A stretch of 32,348 nt of DNA from Promethearchaeota archaeon. Lineage in GTDB: Archaea; Asgardarchaeota; Lokiarchaeia; Sigyniarchaeales; SOKP01. Position numbers and translations under genes: made by a program. The stretch lies in contig JBHLLU010000046.1 in assembly GCA_048938895.1 (NCBI GenBank), forward strand, positions 1 through 32,348, read 5' to 3'. A model generated the notes under the pieces. It saw nothing but the letters and a program-made list of their open reading frames with translations. It ran no database searches and was not told where the DNA came from. The stretch's first letter is position 1. Every line of letters begins with the position of its first letter. This document shows positions 1-8,372 of the stretch, in pieces.

Positions 1-38
1 GGGATTATTATTTATCTTTGTCTTCATATTCTATAATT

Positions 39-353
39 TTAAAGATTTTTCTTCTTCTTATTGTAAATTATAAAAATAGGCAATCCAATTAATAAAAGAA
101 TAATCCCTATACTCCCCATTATAAGTTCTATGTATAACCTAACCAATGGCCCATTATAAACTATTAAATCTTGATCATAAACAATATAATTCGGAAAGAA
201 CTCAACCAACATAATTACTTCTATTATCAAGACAAGAGAACCAGTTATAATTAAAACTAAACCAGAAGTGTATTTCCTTTTAATAAAATACCAACCGATT
301 ACCTGATCAATCTCTTTTTCTAAATCTTTCAATTTAATGTTAATAAAATTCAA
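39..353 (-). CDS. Small hypothetical membrane protein (two predicted TM helices, basic C-terminus)
   Basis: Two hydrophobic stretches (GLVLIITGSLVLIIEVIMLVEFF; LIMGSIGIILLLIGLPIFIIY) followed by KKKK. TTG start is uncertain. Confidence 0.55.
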   Translation of the reverse strand: MNFINIKLKDLEKEIDQVIGWYFIKRKYTSGLVLIITGSLVLIIEVIMLVEFFPNYIVYDQDLIVYNGPLVRLYIELIMGSIGIILLLIGLPIFIIYNKKKKNL

Positions 354-508
354 AGGAAGTTTATTTTACAGACTCTATAATTATATTAGACAGCTTTGTA
401 TATATTTGTATTTACTAAAGGGTTTATGATCCATAAAGCTTGGATAATCTGACGTTCTTGGCGGTAATTTTCTTTTAAATATTTATAATTGTTCTTGAAT
501 TCAGATAT

Positions 509-976
509 CTATTCAGGAATAATAACAGAAGGATCTTCTTTTATCTTATCTAGTACAATTTGAGTTTTTACTTCCTCAACTCCTGGAAGGTTTCGCAAAT
601 TCTCAATAAGTCCCATAGAATCTTGATGGTTGAGACATTTTGCCATAATAAATAAAGGATACTCCCCAGTAATTATATACGCATATTTGATCTTATCCAT
701 GAGTTCTATTTTCCTCTTAAGATCATCCAAAGGATATGAAGAATTTACTCTTAGTGATGCCATTACCATTTCACGGTATCCTAAATAACGACAATCTATA
801 AGTGTTACATACTGCTTTATTACTTTTTTTTCTTTTAAACGATTTATCCGCATCCTTATTGATGTTGGGGTTAATTGGATCTGTTTTTCAATATCACGAA
901 GCGATGCCTTGGCATTATCTTGTAGAATACTAAGAATTTGTTTGTCTAATTCGTCTAAATCTATGATTTCGGTCAT
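509..976 (-). CDS. Lrp/AsnC family transcriptional regulator
   Basis: N-terminal LDELDKQILSILQDNAKAS...IRMRINRLKEKKVI HTH and C-terminal RAM domain (ITGEY...PGVEEVKTQIVL). ATG at 976 preferred over the TTG at 988. Confidence 0.92.
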   Translation of the reverse strand: MTEIIDLDELDKQILSILQDNAKASLRDIEKQIQLTPTSIRMRINRLKEKKVIKQYVTLIDCRYLGYREMVMASLRVNSSYPLDDLKRKIELMDKIKYAYIITGEYPLFIMAKCLNHQDSMGLIENLRNLPGVEEVKTQIVLDKIKEDPSVIIPE

Positions 977-1012
977 AATTAAATCCAAATTTTGTAAGTT
1001 AAGAAATTATTA

Positions 1013-1044
1013 TTTCTCATTTATATAATTATAAATATGAGAAA
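1013..1044. promoter_or_regulatory. 32-bp imperfect palindrome overlapping a TATA-like element; candidate operator
   Basis: TTTCTCATTTATATAATTATAAATATGAGAAA pairs at 14 of 16 positions and lies 37-68 bp upstream of the lrp ATG. Confidence 0.45.
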
Positions 1045-1139
1045 ATTAATATAAACTTTTTGTTTGTAATATTTATTTATAAACACCAATGTTTATTTGT
1101 GCTTTTTTTTCATAATATTTTTATAATATGTAATGCAAG

Positions 1140-1170
1140 TTTATATATGAGTTTACATTTGTAATATTTA
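1140..1170 (+). promoter_or_regulatory. Candidate TATA box of the tusA-hdr operon with adjacent palindrome
   Basis: TTTATATA at 1140-1147, then TTACA-TT-TGTAA at 1153-1164. TTTGTAATATTTA occurs at both 1063-1075 and 1158-1170. Confidence 0.4.
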
Positions 1171-1241
1171 GAATAAAATAAATTATTATTTGTAAACAAA
1201 AAGTCATAAAAAAGTTTAAAAAAAAAAAAAGGTTGAAAAAA

Positions 1242-1478
1242 ATGGCTGAATCAGTATTAGAATCAGTATTCGATTATACTGGCTTAAAATGTCCTATGCC
1301 AGTATTGAAAACGAAGAAGGAATTAAAAAAGTTGAGTTCTGGTCAAATTATTAAGGTTATTGCCGATGATGTTGGAGCAAAAAAGGATATTCCCGCCCTG
1401 TTAAAGAAAATTGGCGACGAATTACTTGAAGTTAAAGAAGAAAACGGAAATATTGAGTTTACGATTAAAAAGACTTAG
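1242..1478 (+). CDS. tusA: TusA/SirA family sulfur carrier protein
   Basis: DYTGLKCPMP (CPxP motif), ADD..AKKDIP, about 78 aa. ATG at 1242 follows AAGGTTG. Confidence 0.92.
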   Translation: MAESVLESVFDYTGLKCPMPVLKTKKELKKLSSGQIIKVIADDVGAKKDIPALLKKIGDELLEVKEENGNIEFTIKKT

Positions 1479-1503
1479 AAATTTCAATAGGGAGTTAACA
1501 ATT

Positions 1504-1872
1504 ATGTCTAAATACGTTTTTTTCATTAGTACGGAGCCATACAAGTATCAAGCTGTTGATACTCTGATTGAAATAGGAAATGCTGCAATTAAAAAGGGAC
1601 ATGAAATCTCAGGGATATTTTTTTTTGGTACAGGGGTTTACAATCTTAAAAAGGATATAAGCTGTGGATCATCAATTCGAAACATCCCTGCGAAAATTGA
1701 ACTTTTTGCGAAGGAAAATAACATACCGATTGCAGGGTGTAGTACGTGGGTAAGTATAACAGGGCTTAAAGAACCAGAATTTATCGATGGAGCATCTGAG
1801 GAAGGATTAGGGGATTTTTCAAATTGGGCAATAGAAGCAGATAAACTAATTGTATTTGGAACGGGAGGTTAA
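1504..1872 (+). CDS. dsrE: DsrE/TusD-like sulfur relay subunit
   Basis: STEPY...KKGHEISGIFFFGTGVYN...GC motif with the Cys at the DsrE active-site position. Likely start is ATG 1504 after GGGAG; the longer ORF call overlaps tusA. Confidence 0.85.
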   Translation: MSKYVFFISTEPYKYQAVDTLIEIGNAAIKKGHEISGIFFFGTGVYNLKKDISCGSSIRNIPAKIELFAKENNIPIAGCSTWVSITGLKEPEFIDGASEEGLGDFSNWAIEADKLIVFGTGG

Positions 1873-1876
1873 GAGA

Positions 1877-2245
1877 ATGATAGAATCAGTAGTAGTTATA
1901 AGTGATTATTCACCGATAGGGAGAAATTCTGCGATAGAAGCGATAAGAATTGGTTCAGGATTTACAGCATTAGGGGAATTCATTGATTGTAAAGTGGTGT
2001 TAACTGGCGATGCGGTTTATTTATTTAATAAATATTGTAATCCAGAAGAAGTTGGAATGGATCCTTTAACAGAAGTGTTAGAAATGGCAGATTTGTCTGA
2101 TTTAGAAGTATATCTTATCGAATCTGCACTTGAAGAAGCCGGGATGACGAAAGATGACTTAACAGAATATGAAAACTTGAAAGTAATCACTTACGATGAA
2201 TTGACGGATTTAATTGAAAATGCAGATACCAGTTTTAGATATTAA
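1877..2245 (+). CDS. dsrF: DsrF/TusC-like sulfur relay subunit
   Basis: SPIG...EAIR...VVLTGDAVY...VYLIESALEEAG; lies between dsrE and dsrH. ATG 1877 after GGAGGT. Confidence 0.8.
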   Translation: MIESVVVISDYSPIGRNSAIEAIRIGSGFTALGEFIDCKVVLTGDAVYLFNKYCNPEEVGMDPLTEVLEMADLSDLEVYLIESALEEAGMTKDDLTEYENLKVITYDELTDLIENADTSFRY

Positions 2246-2261
2246 GGAGGATTGAGAAATA

Positions 2262-2603
2262 ATGACAAACGATCTTGACACAATATATTTGTTTGGATTT
2301 AGTGCATTAGCAGGGAATCATCTAAGGAGATTATTACCCATTTTAAAGAGTCAACTCAAAAAAGAAAAGAAACTTGGGTTAGTTTTAATTCAAGATGGTG
2401 TAATAGGTATATCAACGAAAGGAAAAATACCCAAACAAGTAGAAGAATTGATTAATTTAGATGTTACGCTATTTGCTATGAATTCGGATATAAAAGCTAG
2501 AGGCATTGCTCCAGAATCGATTCATAATAAAATTAAGTCTATAGAATATGATGATCTTATAGATATTATAGATACTACTCCAAAAGTAATTTCTTGGATG
2601 TAG
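2262..2603 (+). CDS. dsrH: DsrH/TusB-like sulfur relay subunit
   Basis: LIQDGV...DIKARG...IEYDDLID...ISW motifs; AGGAGG SD. Confidence 0.85.
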   Translation: MTNDLDTIYLFGFSALAGNHLRRLLPILKSQLKKEKKLGLVLIQDGVIGISTKGKIPKQVEELINLDVTLFAMNSDIKARGIAPESIHNKIKSIEYDDLIDIIDTTPKVISWM

Positions 2604-2716
2604 ATTAAATTAAAAAAATTAATTAATAGATTTTTATAAAAATCTGGATAAACCCAGAAAAAATAGATAATATAAACAACAAATAGTAAAAAAAAAAAAA
2701 AAAGAAGGTGTCATAT

Positions 2717-3139
2717 ATGGCAGAACAAGAAACAATAAATTTTATTGTCAAGGATAAGTCATTCGAGAAATTCGCAATGATGGCTATCCTTGGATCAACA
2801 GGAGATGCCATGGATGTAAAAATGAATTTTTTCTTTACCTTTTGGGGTTTAAATCTTTTAACAAAGAATTATAAACCAAAAGTTGCTGGCATGCCAACCC
2901 CTATGAAAGGTATGGGTGCTAAGATTTTCAGAAAAAGAATGAAAAAATTTGGTATTGAAGATCCATGGGCTTTAATCAAAGACGGTGTCGAAAGTGGTAA
3001 TTTAAAGTTATATCCATGTCAAATGACAATGGATTTAATGGGGATTAAACACGAACAAATTGTCGACTTTGCAGAAGATCCTGTTGGAGCCGCCACATTC
3101 TTAGAAATGGCCAATGGTGGGAGAATAGTTAGTTTGTAA
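2717..3139 (+). CDS. DsrE2-like (DsrE/DsrF/DsrH-like family) sulfur carrier
   Basis: FFTFWGL, YPCQMTMDLMG and VGAATFL motifs. ATG 2717 after AAGGTG. Confidence 0.88.
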   Translation: MAEQETINFIVKDKSFEKFAMMAILGSTGDAMDVKMNFFFTFWGLNLLTKNYKPKVAGMPTPMKGMGAKIFRKRMKKFGIEDPWALIKDGVESGNLKLYPCQMTMDLMGIKHEQIVDFAEDPVGAATFLEMANGGRIVSL

Positions 3140-3182
3140 AATTAATTAAAACAATTTTTTTTTATTTTATATTTCAAAAAAG

Positions 3183-3746
3183 GTGATGGAAACGTCTGAT
3201 GTAAAAGAAGAATCAAGGGAATTTAAGACAGACGAAGATTTTGATAAAGATTTTTTTAAAAATATTGAGAGAAAATCTAATATTTGGCAGTGCATCCAAT
3301 GCGGAACATGTACCGCAAGTTGTGAAAGTGGAAGATGGACTGCCTTAAAGACTCGTTCGATTATTAGAAAAGTAGTCTTGGGAGATTTATCAGTATTAGA
3401 CGATCCAGATATTTGGCTCTGTACAACTTGTTATCAGTGTTATGAACGATGTCCGCGTGATGTAAGGCCTACTGATGTAATTATGGAATTGCGAAATTAT
3501 GCAACGAAAAGAGGAAATATTTCACCCAATCATAGGGCAGTTGTAGGTTATTTGAAGAATTTTGGACATGCTGTACCTATAAATGATGAGGTAAGAAAAC
3601 GAAGAGTCGAATTAGGATTAGAAGAATTACCTCCTACTGCATTTAGATTTAAGCAAGAGGGGGATGATAAAGATTTAAAAAATATTGAAGAGAAAATGTT
3701 TGATTTACCTCCTGTTAAGGAGGAAAAAGAGAAGGAGGAGACGTAA
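3183..3746 (+). CDS. hdrC: Heterodisulfide reductase subunit C
   Basis: CIQCGTCTASC and IWLCTTCYQCYERCPR two-[4Fe-4S] motifs; GHAVPIN. Confidence 0.93.
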   Translation: MMETSDVKEESREFKTDEDFDKDFFKNIERKSNIWQCIQCGTCTASCESGRWTALKTRSIIRKVVLGDLSVLDDPDIWLCTTCYQCYERCPRDVRPTDVIMELRNYATKRGNISPNHRAVVGYLKNFGHAVPINDEVRKRRVELGLEELPPTAFRFKQEGDDKDLKNIEEKMFDLPPVKEEKEKEET

Positions 3747-3749
3747 AAT

Positions 3750-4667
3750 ATGGTTAAAGAAAATACTTTTGCGTTCTTTTTAGGGTGTTTGATGCCAAAT
3801 CGATATCCGGCAATAGAAAAATCGACAAAATTTGTAATGGAAAAACTTGGATATGAATTATTAGATATGGAAAGAGCTACCTGCTGTCCAGCTCCAGGAG
3901 TTTTTCGATCATTTAACAAGGTAGACTGGATGGTTGCAGCTGCGAGAAATTTATGTATTGCCGAACAGATGGATGCTGACATATTAACAGTTTGTAATGG
4001 ATGTTTCGGAACACTCCAAGAAGTCAATAAACATTTAAAAGCTAATGAAGAACATCGTGAGATGGTCAATGAAAGGCTAAAGGAGATTGGGGATTATGAA
4101 TTTAAAGGGACTATTGACGTACGACATGTAATGGAAGTTCTAGGTTATGAAGTGGGACCTTGGGGTATTGAAGATCTCATCGTTAGAAAAGCGAATATTA
4201 AAGCAGCTATCCATTACGGTTGCCATTTCTTAAAACCGACCAGAATCAGAGAGATTGAAAGTTCTGAGGGACCAACAATTATAGAAGAATTTGTAGAAGC
4301 ATTAGGTGTCGAATCGGTAAGGTTTAAAGAACAATTAACATGCTGTGGTGCTGGTGGTGGAGTAAAAGCTTATGATGGAAATGCAAGTATGACGATTTTT
4401 GGAGAAAAAATGAAGAATATCGATGAGGTCAAGCCTGATATAATTCTTGATATTTGTCCATTTTGTCATTTGCAATTTGAGACAGGTCAAGATTATCTAA
4501 ACAAGAACAAAAGTTGTAATTATGATTATCCAGTTATTCATATCTCCCAACTTACTGCCTATTGTATGGGTATGGATCAAGAATTTATTGGTCTTCAGTA
4601 CCAATTAATGGGCAGAGATTATATCTTTGGGGGAGAAGAATTAAAAAAAGAAGAAGAGGCAGTTTAA
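3750..4667 (+). CDS. hdrB: Heterodisulfide reductase subunit B (methanogen-type)
   Basis: Two CCG domains: FFLGC, CCPAPG, CNGC, HYGCH, CCGAGGG, CPFCHLQF. Confidence 0.95.
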   Translation: MVKENTFAFFLGCLMPNRYPAIEKSTKFVMEKLGYELLDMERATCCPAPGVFRSFNKVDWMVAAARNLCIAEQMDADILTVCNGCFGTLQEVNKHLKANEEHREMVNERLKEIGDYEFKGTIDVRHVMEVLGYEVGPWGIEDLIVRKANIKAAIHYGCHFLKPTRIREIESSEGPTIIEEFVEALGVESVRFKEQLTCCGAGGGVKAYDGNASMTIFGEKMKNIDEVKPDIILDICPFCHLQFETGQDYLNKNKSCNYDYPVIHISQLTAYCMGMDQEFIGLQYQLMGRDYIFGGEELKKEEEAV

Positions 4668-4668
4668 A

Positions 4669-6696
4669 TTGACTATAAAAGAAGAAGTTAAAGAAACAGA
4701 AAATTTAGGGGAAAAGGCCGAAACTGAAGAAAGCGAAGAACCACGAATAGGTGTATTCGTATGTCACTGTGGACACAACATTGCCGGAACTGTGGACGTT
4801 GCTAAAGTTGCGGAATATGCTTCGAAATTACCAAATGTAGTGAAAGCTGAACACTATATGTTTATGTGTTCTAAGCCAGGAGTACAAATGGTAAAGGACT
4901 CCATAGAAGAACTTGGAGTAAATAGGACTGTAGTTGCTTCGTGTTCTAAAAATCAGCATGGCAAAACTTTTGCCAAAGCGATTGAAGAAGTTGGATTGAA
5001 CAAACATCGTCATCAACAAGTAAATATAAGAGAATACGATAGTTGGGTTCACCAAAAAGAAAAAGAAAAAGCAACTCAAAAGGCTATGAGGCTTGTCGAA
5101 GCAGGTGTGAATCGTTCAAGGAAGTTGGAAGATGTTGAAACAAGAAGAATACCAACTACCAAAGCTGCATTAGTTATCGGAGCAGGGATTGCTGGTTTAC
5201 GATCTGCATATGATATGGCAGAATTAGGAATTCCAGTAGTGTTAGTCGAAAAAGAATCTACAATAGGAGGACATATGACTCGATTAAATAAAACATTCCC
5301 AACTTTAGAATGTCCACAGTGTTCAATTTCGCCACTCACCAATGGTGTTGCAAATCACCCCTTAATAGATCTTTACACAAATGCCCAAATTAAAAGTGTT
5401 GAAGGCTCATTAGGGAATTTCGAAGTCGAAATCGAAATAAAACCCAGATATGTGAAAGATAACTGTACCTCTTGTGGTGAATGCGCAGCACATTGTCCTG
5501 TAGAAGTACCAAGCGAATGGGATATGGGAATGTCAATGAGAAATGCGATTTATAAAGCATATCCTCAGGCAATACCCGCTACATATGTTCGAGACAAAAA
5601 AAACTGTATTGAGTGTAATACATGTGTAAATGTCTGTCCAGTACAAGCCGTTGATTTTTCTATGGAAACTGAGACTAAAACCGTAAAAGTTGGCTCAATA
5701 ATAGTTGCTGCGGGGTATGATGAGTACGATCCTACTGAAATTGAACCTTATCATTATAGTCAAGAAGGATATGAAGATGTTATTACTCAACTAAAACTAG
5801 AAAGAATGTTATCACCAACTTCGCTTACGAATAGTCAGGTATTAAGACCATCTGATGGAAAAATTCCTGAAAGTGTGGTTATGATCCAATGTGTAGGCAG
5901 TCGAAATGATCAAGTAGGAAATAAGTATTGTACTGGTGTCTGCTGCAAGTTCGCTATTAAAAACGCAAGAATAATAAAAGAAATGTATCCTGATACTGAA
6001 ATGTCAATATGTTATATTGATATAAGAACTCCAGGATTAAACTTTGAAGAGTTATATAAATCTGCTCAAGAGATTGGAGTTAGATTTATCCGGGGGAGAC
6101 CATCTGAAATCATAAAAGATCCAATAACAGGTGAACTAAAAGTAATTGTTGAAGATACACTAAGCCAAACACCACTACAAATAGATGCTGATTTAGTAGT
6201 CCTTTCTGCTGCAATGGTTCCTCCAGAAGGAATTGGTCCACTTGGTTCAAAACTTCAAGTTCTAAGGTCAAAAGAAGGGTTTTTAAAAGAATTTCATATT
6301 AAAATGAATCCTACTCTTAGCAGCAAAGGAGGAATCTTTTTAGCTGGTGCGATTCAAGGACCTAAGGATATCTCTGAAACTGTTGCTCATGCTGGAGGTG
6401 CAGCTGCATTAGCAGCAGCTCCGTTAGTTAGAGGATATATCGAAAAAGAGATGCTAGTTCCTACGGTAGACTATGATTTATGTGTGAATTGTGGCCTCTG
6501 TAAAACGATATGTGCACCAGCAGCAATTACTGTTGATGAAAATGGAAAACCTATCATTAATGAGGTTGCATGTAAATCTTGTGGAATGTGTATGCCAGTA
6601 TGTCCTACAGGTGCAATTCAATTGAGAAATTTCACGGATGATCAATTATTAGATGAAATAATTGCCGTATCTGGTGGAGGTGCTGTGTGCGAATGA
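4669..6696 (+). CDS. hdrA: Heterodisulfide reductase subunit A (flavin-bifurcating type)
   Basis: RIGVFVCHCG, VIGAGIAG, KTFPTLEC, inserted and C-terminal ferredoxin domains, QCVGSR, GPKDI. TTG start. Confidence 0.96.
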   Translation: MTIKEEVKETENLGEKAETEESEEPRIGVFVCHCGHNIAGTVDVAKVAEYASKLPNVVKAEHYMFMCSKPGVQMVKDSIEELGVNRTVVASCSKNQHGKTFAKAIEEVGLNKHRHQQVNIREYDSWVHQKEKEKATQKAMRLVEAGVNRSRKLEDVETRRIPTTKAALVIGAGIAGLRSAYDMAELGIPVVLVEKESTIGGHMTRLNKTFPTLECPQCSISPLTNGVANHPLIDLYTNAQIKSVEGSLGNFEVEIEIKPRYVKDNCTSCGECAAHCPVEVPSEWDMGMSMRNAIYKAYPQAIPATYVRDKKNCIECNTCVNVCPVQAVDFSMETETKTVKVGSIIVAAGYDEYDPTEIEPYHYSQEGYEDVITQLKLERMLSPTSLTNSQVLRPSDGKIPESVVMIQCVGSRNDQVGNKYCTGVCCKFAIKNARIIKEMYPDTEMSICYIDIRTPGLNFEELYKSAQEIGVRFIRGRPSEIIKDPITGELKVIVEDTLSQTPLQIDADLVVLSAAMVPPEGIGPLGSKLQVLRSKEGFLKEFHIKMNPTLSSKGGIFLAGAIQGPKDISETVAHAGGAAALAAAPLVRGYIEKEMLVPTVDYDLCVNCGLCKTICAPAAITVDENGKPIINEVACKSCGMCMPVCPTGAIQLRNFTDDQLLDEIIAVSGGGAVCE

Positions 6697-7145
6697 GTGA
6701 TTGTGAAGCAATTGATGAAGGAATTCAAGAAAAAATACAAAATGTAGTAATTTTTATGTGTAATGAGTGTGGTCAAGGATCGGCAAATACTGCTGGAGTT
6801 GCTCGAATGGGTTATGATCCAGCTATAAGAATCGTTAGAGTTCAATGCACAGGACAAGTTGGTCCTATACAAATTATGGATGCCTTAAACAATGGTGCTG
6901 ATGCAGTTGCATGTGTAGGATGCTGCTTAGGAGCGTGTCATTTTTTCAATGGAAATATCTTATCAATGCATAGAATAAAATTGATGAAAAAGTTATTTAA
7001 AGAATTAGGCTATAGTGATCAATTTGTAAATCAATACACTTCTCGTGCTGCTGAGGGTGAAACAGCAGTTGGAGATTTTGAAGATATTGTGGAACGATTA
7101 TCAACAGCAATAAATGAAGAGGGGACTATAAAAGATGGATGTTAA
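6693..7145 (+). CDS. mvhD: MvhD/FlpD [2Fe-2S] adaptor subunit
   Basis: FMCNEC...RIVRVQCTG...GADAV..VGC..GACHF.NGN. ATG overlaps the hdrA stop (ATGA). Confidence 0.9.
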   Translation: MSDCEAIDEGIQEKIQNVVIFMCNECGQGSANTAGVARMGYDPAIRIVRVQCTGQVGPIQIMDALNNGADAVACVGCCLGACHFFNGNILSMHRIKLMKKLFKELGYSDQFVNQYTSRAAEGETAVGDFEDIVERLSTAINEEGTIKDGC

Positions 7146-8370
7146 AGTGTTTCAATTTAATGGTTGTAATAAATGCTTCAATGAATCTTTATTATTGAAG
7201 TTAGATTCGAATCTCAATGTAGAATATATCAAAGATCCTAAAACTTGGAAGGAAGAGAAAATAGAAACCGCTGTAATAACAGGTTATGTGCTCCCAACCG
7301 ATAAGATATTGCTTAAGAAGATAAAAACTAATGCAGATAGAGTTATCGCTTATGGTAGTTGCACTGTAAGTGGTGGAGTTTTTGCTTTAGCAAATCAGCA
7401 TGGGCATGAAATAACTCCTTTAAAGAACTTAGTCGAAAATATAACTGAAATTGAAGGATGTTTAGGAGAAGTTGAGGAGTTAAAATCAGTAATTAATGAA
7501 GAAGAACTACAAAAGCCAAAGAAACTATGTGATTTATGCACTAGAAGGGCCACCTGTGACTATTTAGATAAAGTAAACCGTCAAATTGAATTGGATGATG
7601 AGGAGACGTGTTTCAATGATTTAGGTTTTCTCTGTAATGGGTTTATTGCACGAGAATGTAAAGAGCGTTGTATTGATTATAATACACCATGTAGAGGCTG
7701 TAAACAATTAATTGAAAGATCAGGAATCCGTATGCTCGGTATGTTTGGAACACTCATGGGTAACATTGAAGTGGCTACTGAACATTCTGCTAAAGGCGCT
7801 ACAGACAAACTAGCTGATGAAGATGATGAAATAACAGAAAGTTTACCTGATATCCTTGGAAATTTCTTTAGATTTACATTAACTACTTCGGGTTTACCTA
7901 AAGGAAGAATTCCATCCACAGGTACTCTACTAGAAGATTTATTTACTGGAAGATTAATCGAAGAATTACCCTTGATAACTGGACTATTAGGAGGAGATAA
8001 ATCAATTTCACTTACACTTAAAATTATTGAATCCTATGAAAAAGCAAATGATATTCAAATTGGAGAACAGATAAAGAAATATAGAAAAGAGCTCTTAGAT
8101 TTAGAAGAAAAGTTGCATAAGGCTATAGATAAAGAAGATGCAGAACAATATAAGGAAATCACAGAGGAAATCCGAAAAATTGCAGGAAATATGAATTTAT
8201 CAAATGTATTTTTTGGTGGATTCAAATCAAAGATCCAAAAAGAAGGTAATTTTGAAGATTATAAAACCCACATTTTTGAAGTGGTTGAAGGAACGTATAA
8301 AAACGGTTCTGTAGAATATAGCATAGATTCTGAAGGAATTGTTAAAGAAATAAAAATCATGGAGGGATAA
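7135..8370 (+). CDS. MvhG-like hydrogenase small-subunit Fe-S protein with long C-terminal extension
   Basis: GCNKC, YGSCTVSGG, EGC, LCDLCTR, CF...GFLCNG...C...C...PCRGC, D..GNFFRFTL, then about 150 extra residues. Confidence 0.72.
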   Translation: MDVKVFQFNGCNKCFNESLLLKLDSNLNVEYIKDPKTWKEEKIETAVITGYVLPTDKILLKKIKTNADRVIAYGSCTVSGGVFALANQHGHEITPLKNLVENITEIEGCLGEVEELKSVINEEELQKPKKLCDLCTRRATCDYLDKVNRQIELDDEETCFNDLGFLCNGFIARECKERCIDYNTPCRGCKQLIERSGIRMLGMFGTLMGNIEVATEHSAKGATDKLADEDDEITESLPDILGNFFRFTLTTSGLPKGRIPSTGTLLEDLFTGRLIEELPLITGLLGGDKSISLTLKIIESYEKANDIQIGEQIKKYRKELLDLEEKLHKAIDKEDAEQYKEITEEIRKIAGNMNLSNVFFGGFKSKIQKEGNFEDYKTHIFEVVEGTYKNGSVEYSIDSEGIVKEIKIMEG

Positions 8371-8372
8371 AT

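Noticed and set aside
1-27. Possible start of a minus-strand gene (MKTKINNNP) running off the left edge
   Set aside because: Nine codons are too few to support a call.
1411-1503. N-terminal extension of dsrE in the ORF track
   Set aside because: It overlaps tusA and has no family similarity; ATG 1504 has an SD-like GGGAG.
1504-2603. dsrEFH as evidence for dissimilatory sulfite reduction or reverse Dsr
   Set aside because: No dsrAB, dsrC or dsrMKJOP in the window.
2688-2703. Poly-A tracts (A16 here, A13 at 1218-1230) just before SD sequences, as phase-variation sites
   Set aside because: They are intergenic and do not alter frames or SD-start spacing. Homopolymers are common in this AT-rich DNA and prone to sequencing error.
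6691-6749. Selenocysteine readthrough of the hdrA TGA, or Sec forms of HdrA/MvhD
   Set aside because: HdrA is complete before the TGA, which overlaps the mvhD ATG (ATGA). Readthrough would add only a short tail before a TAG. Both proteins have Cys at their motifs and I saw no convincing SECIS.
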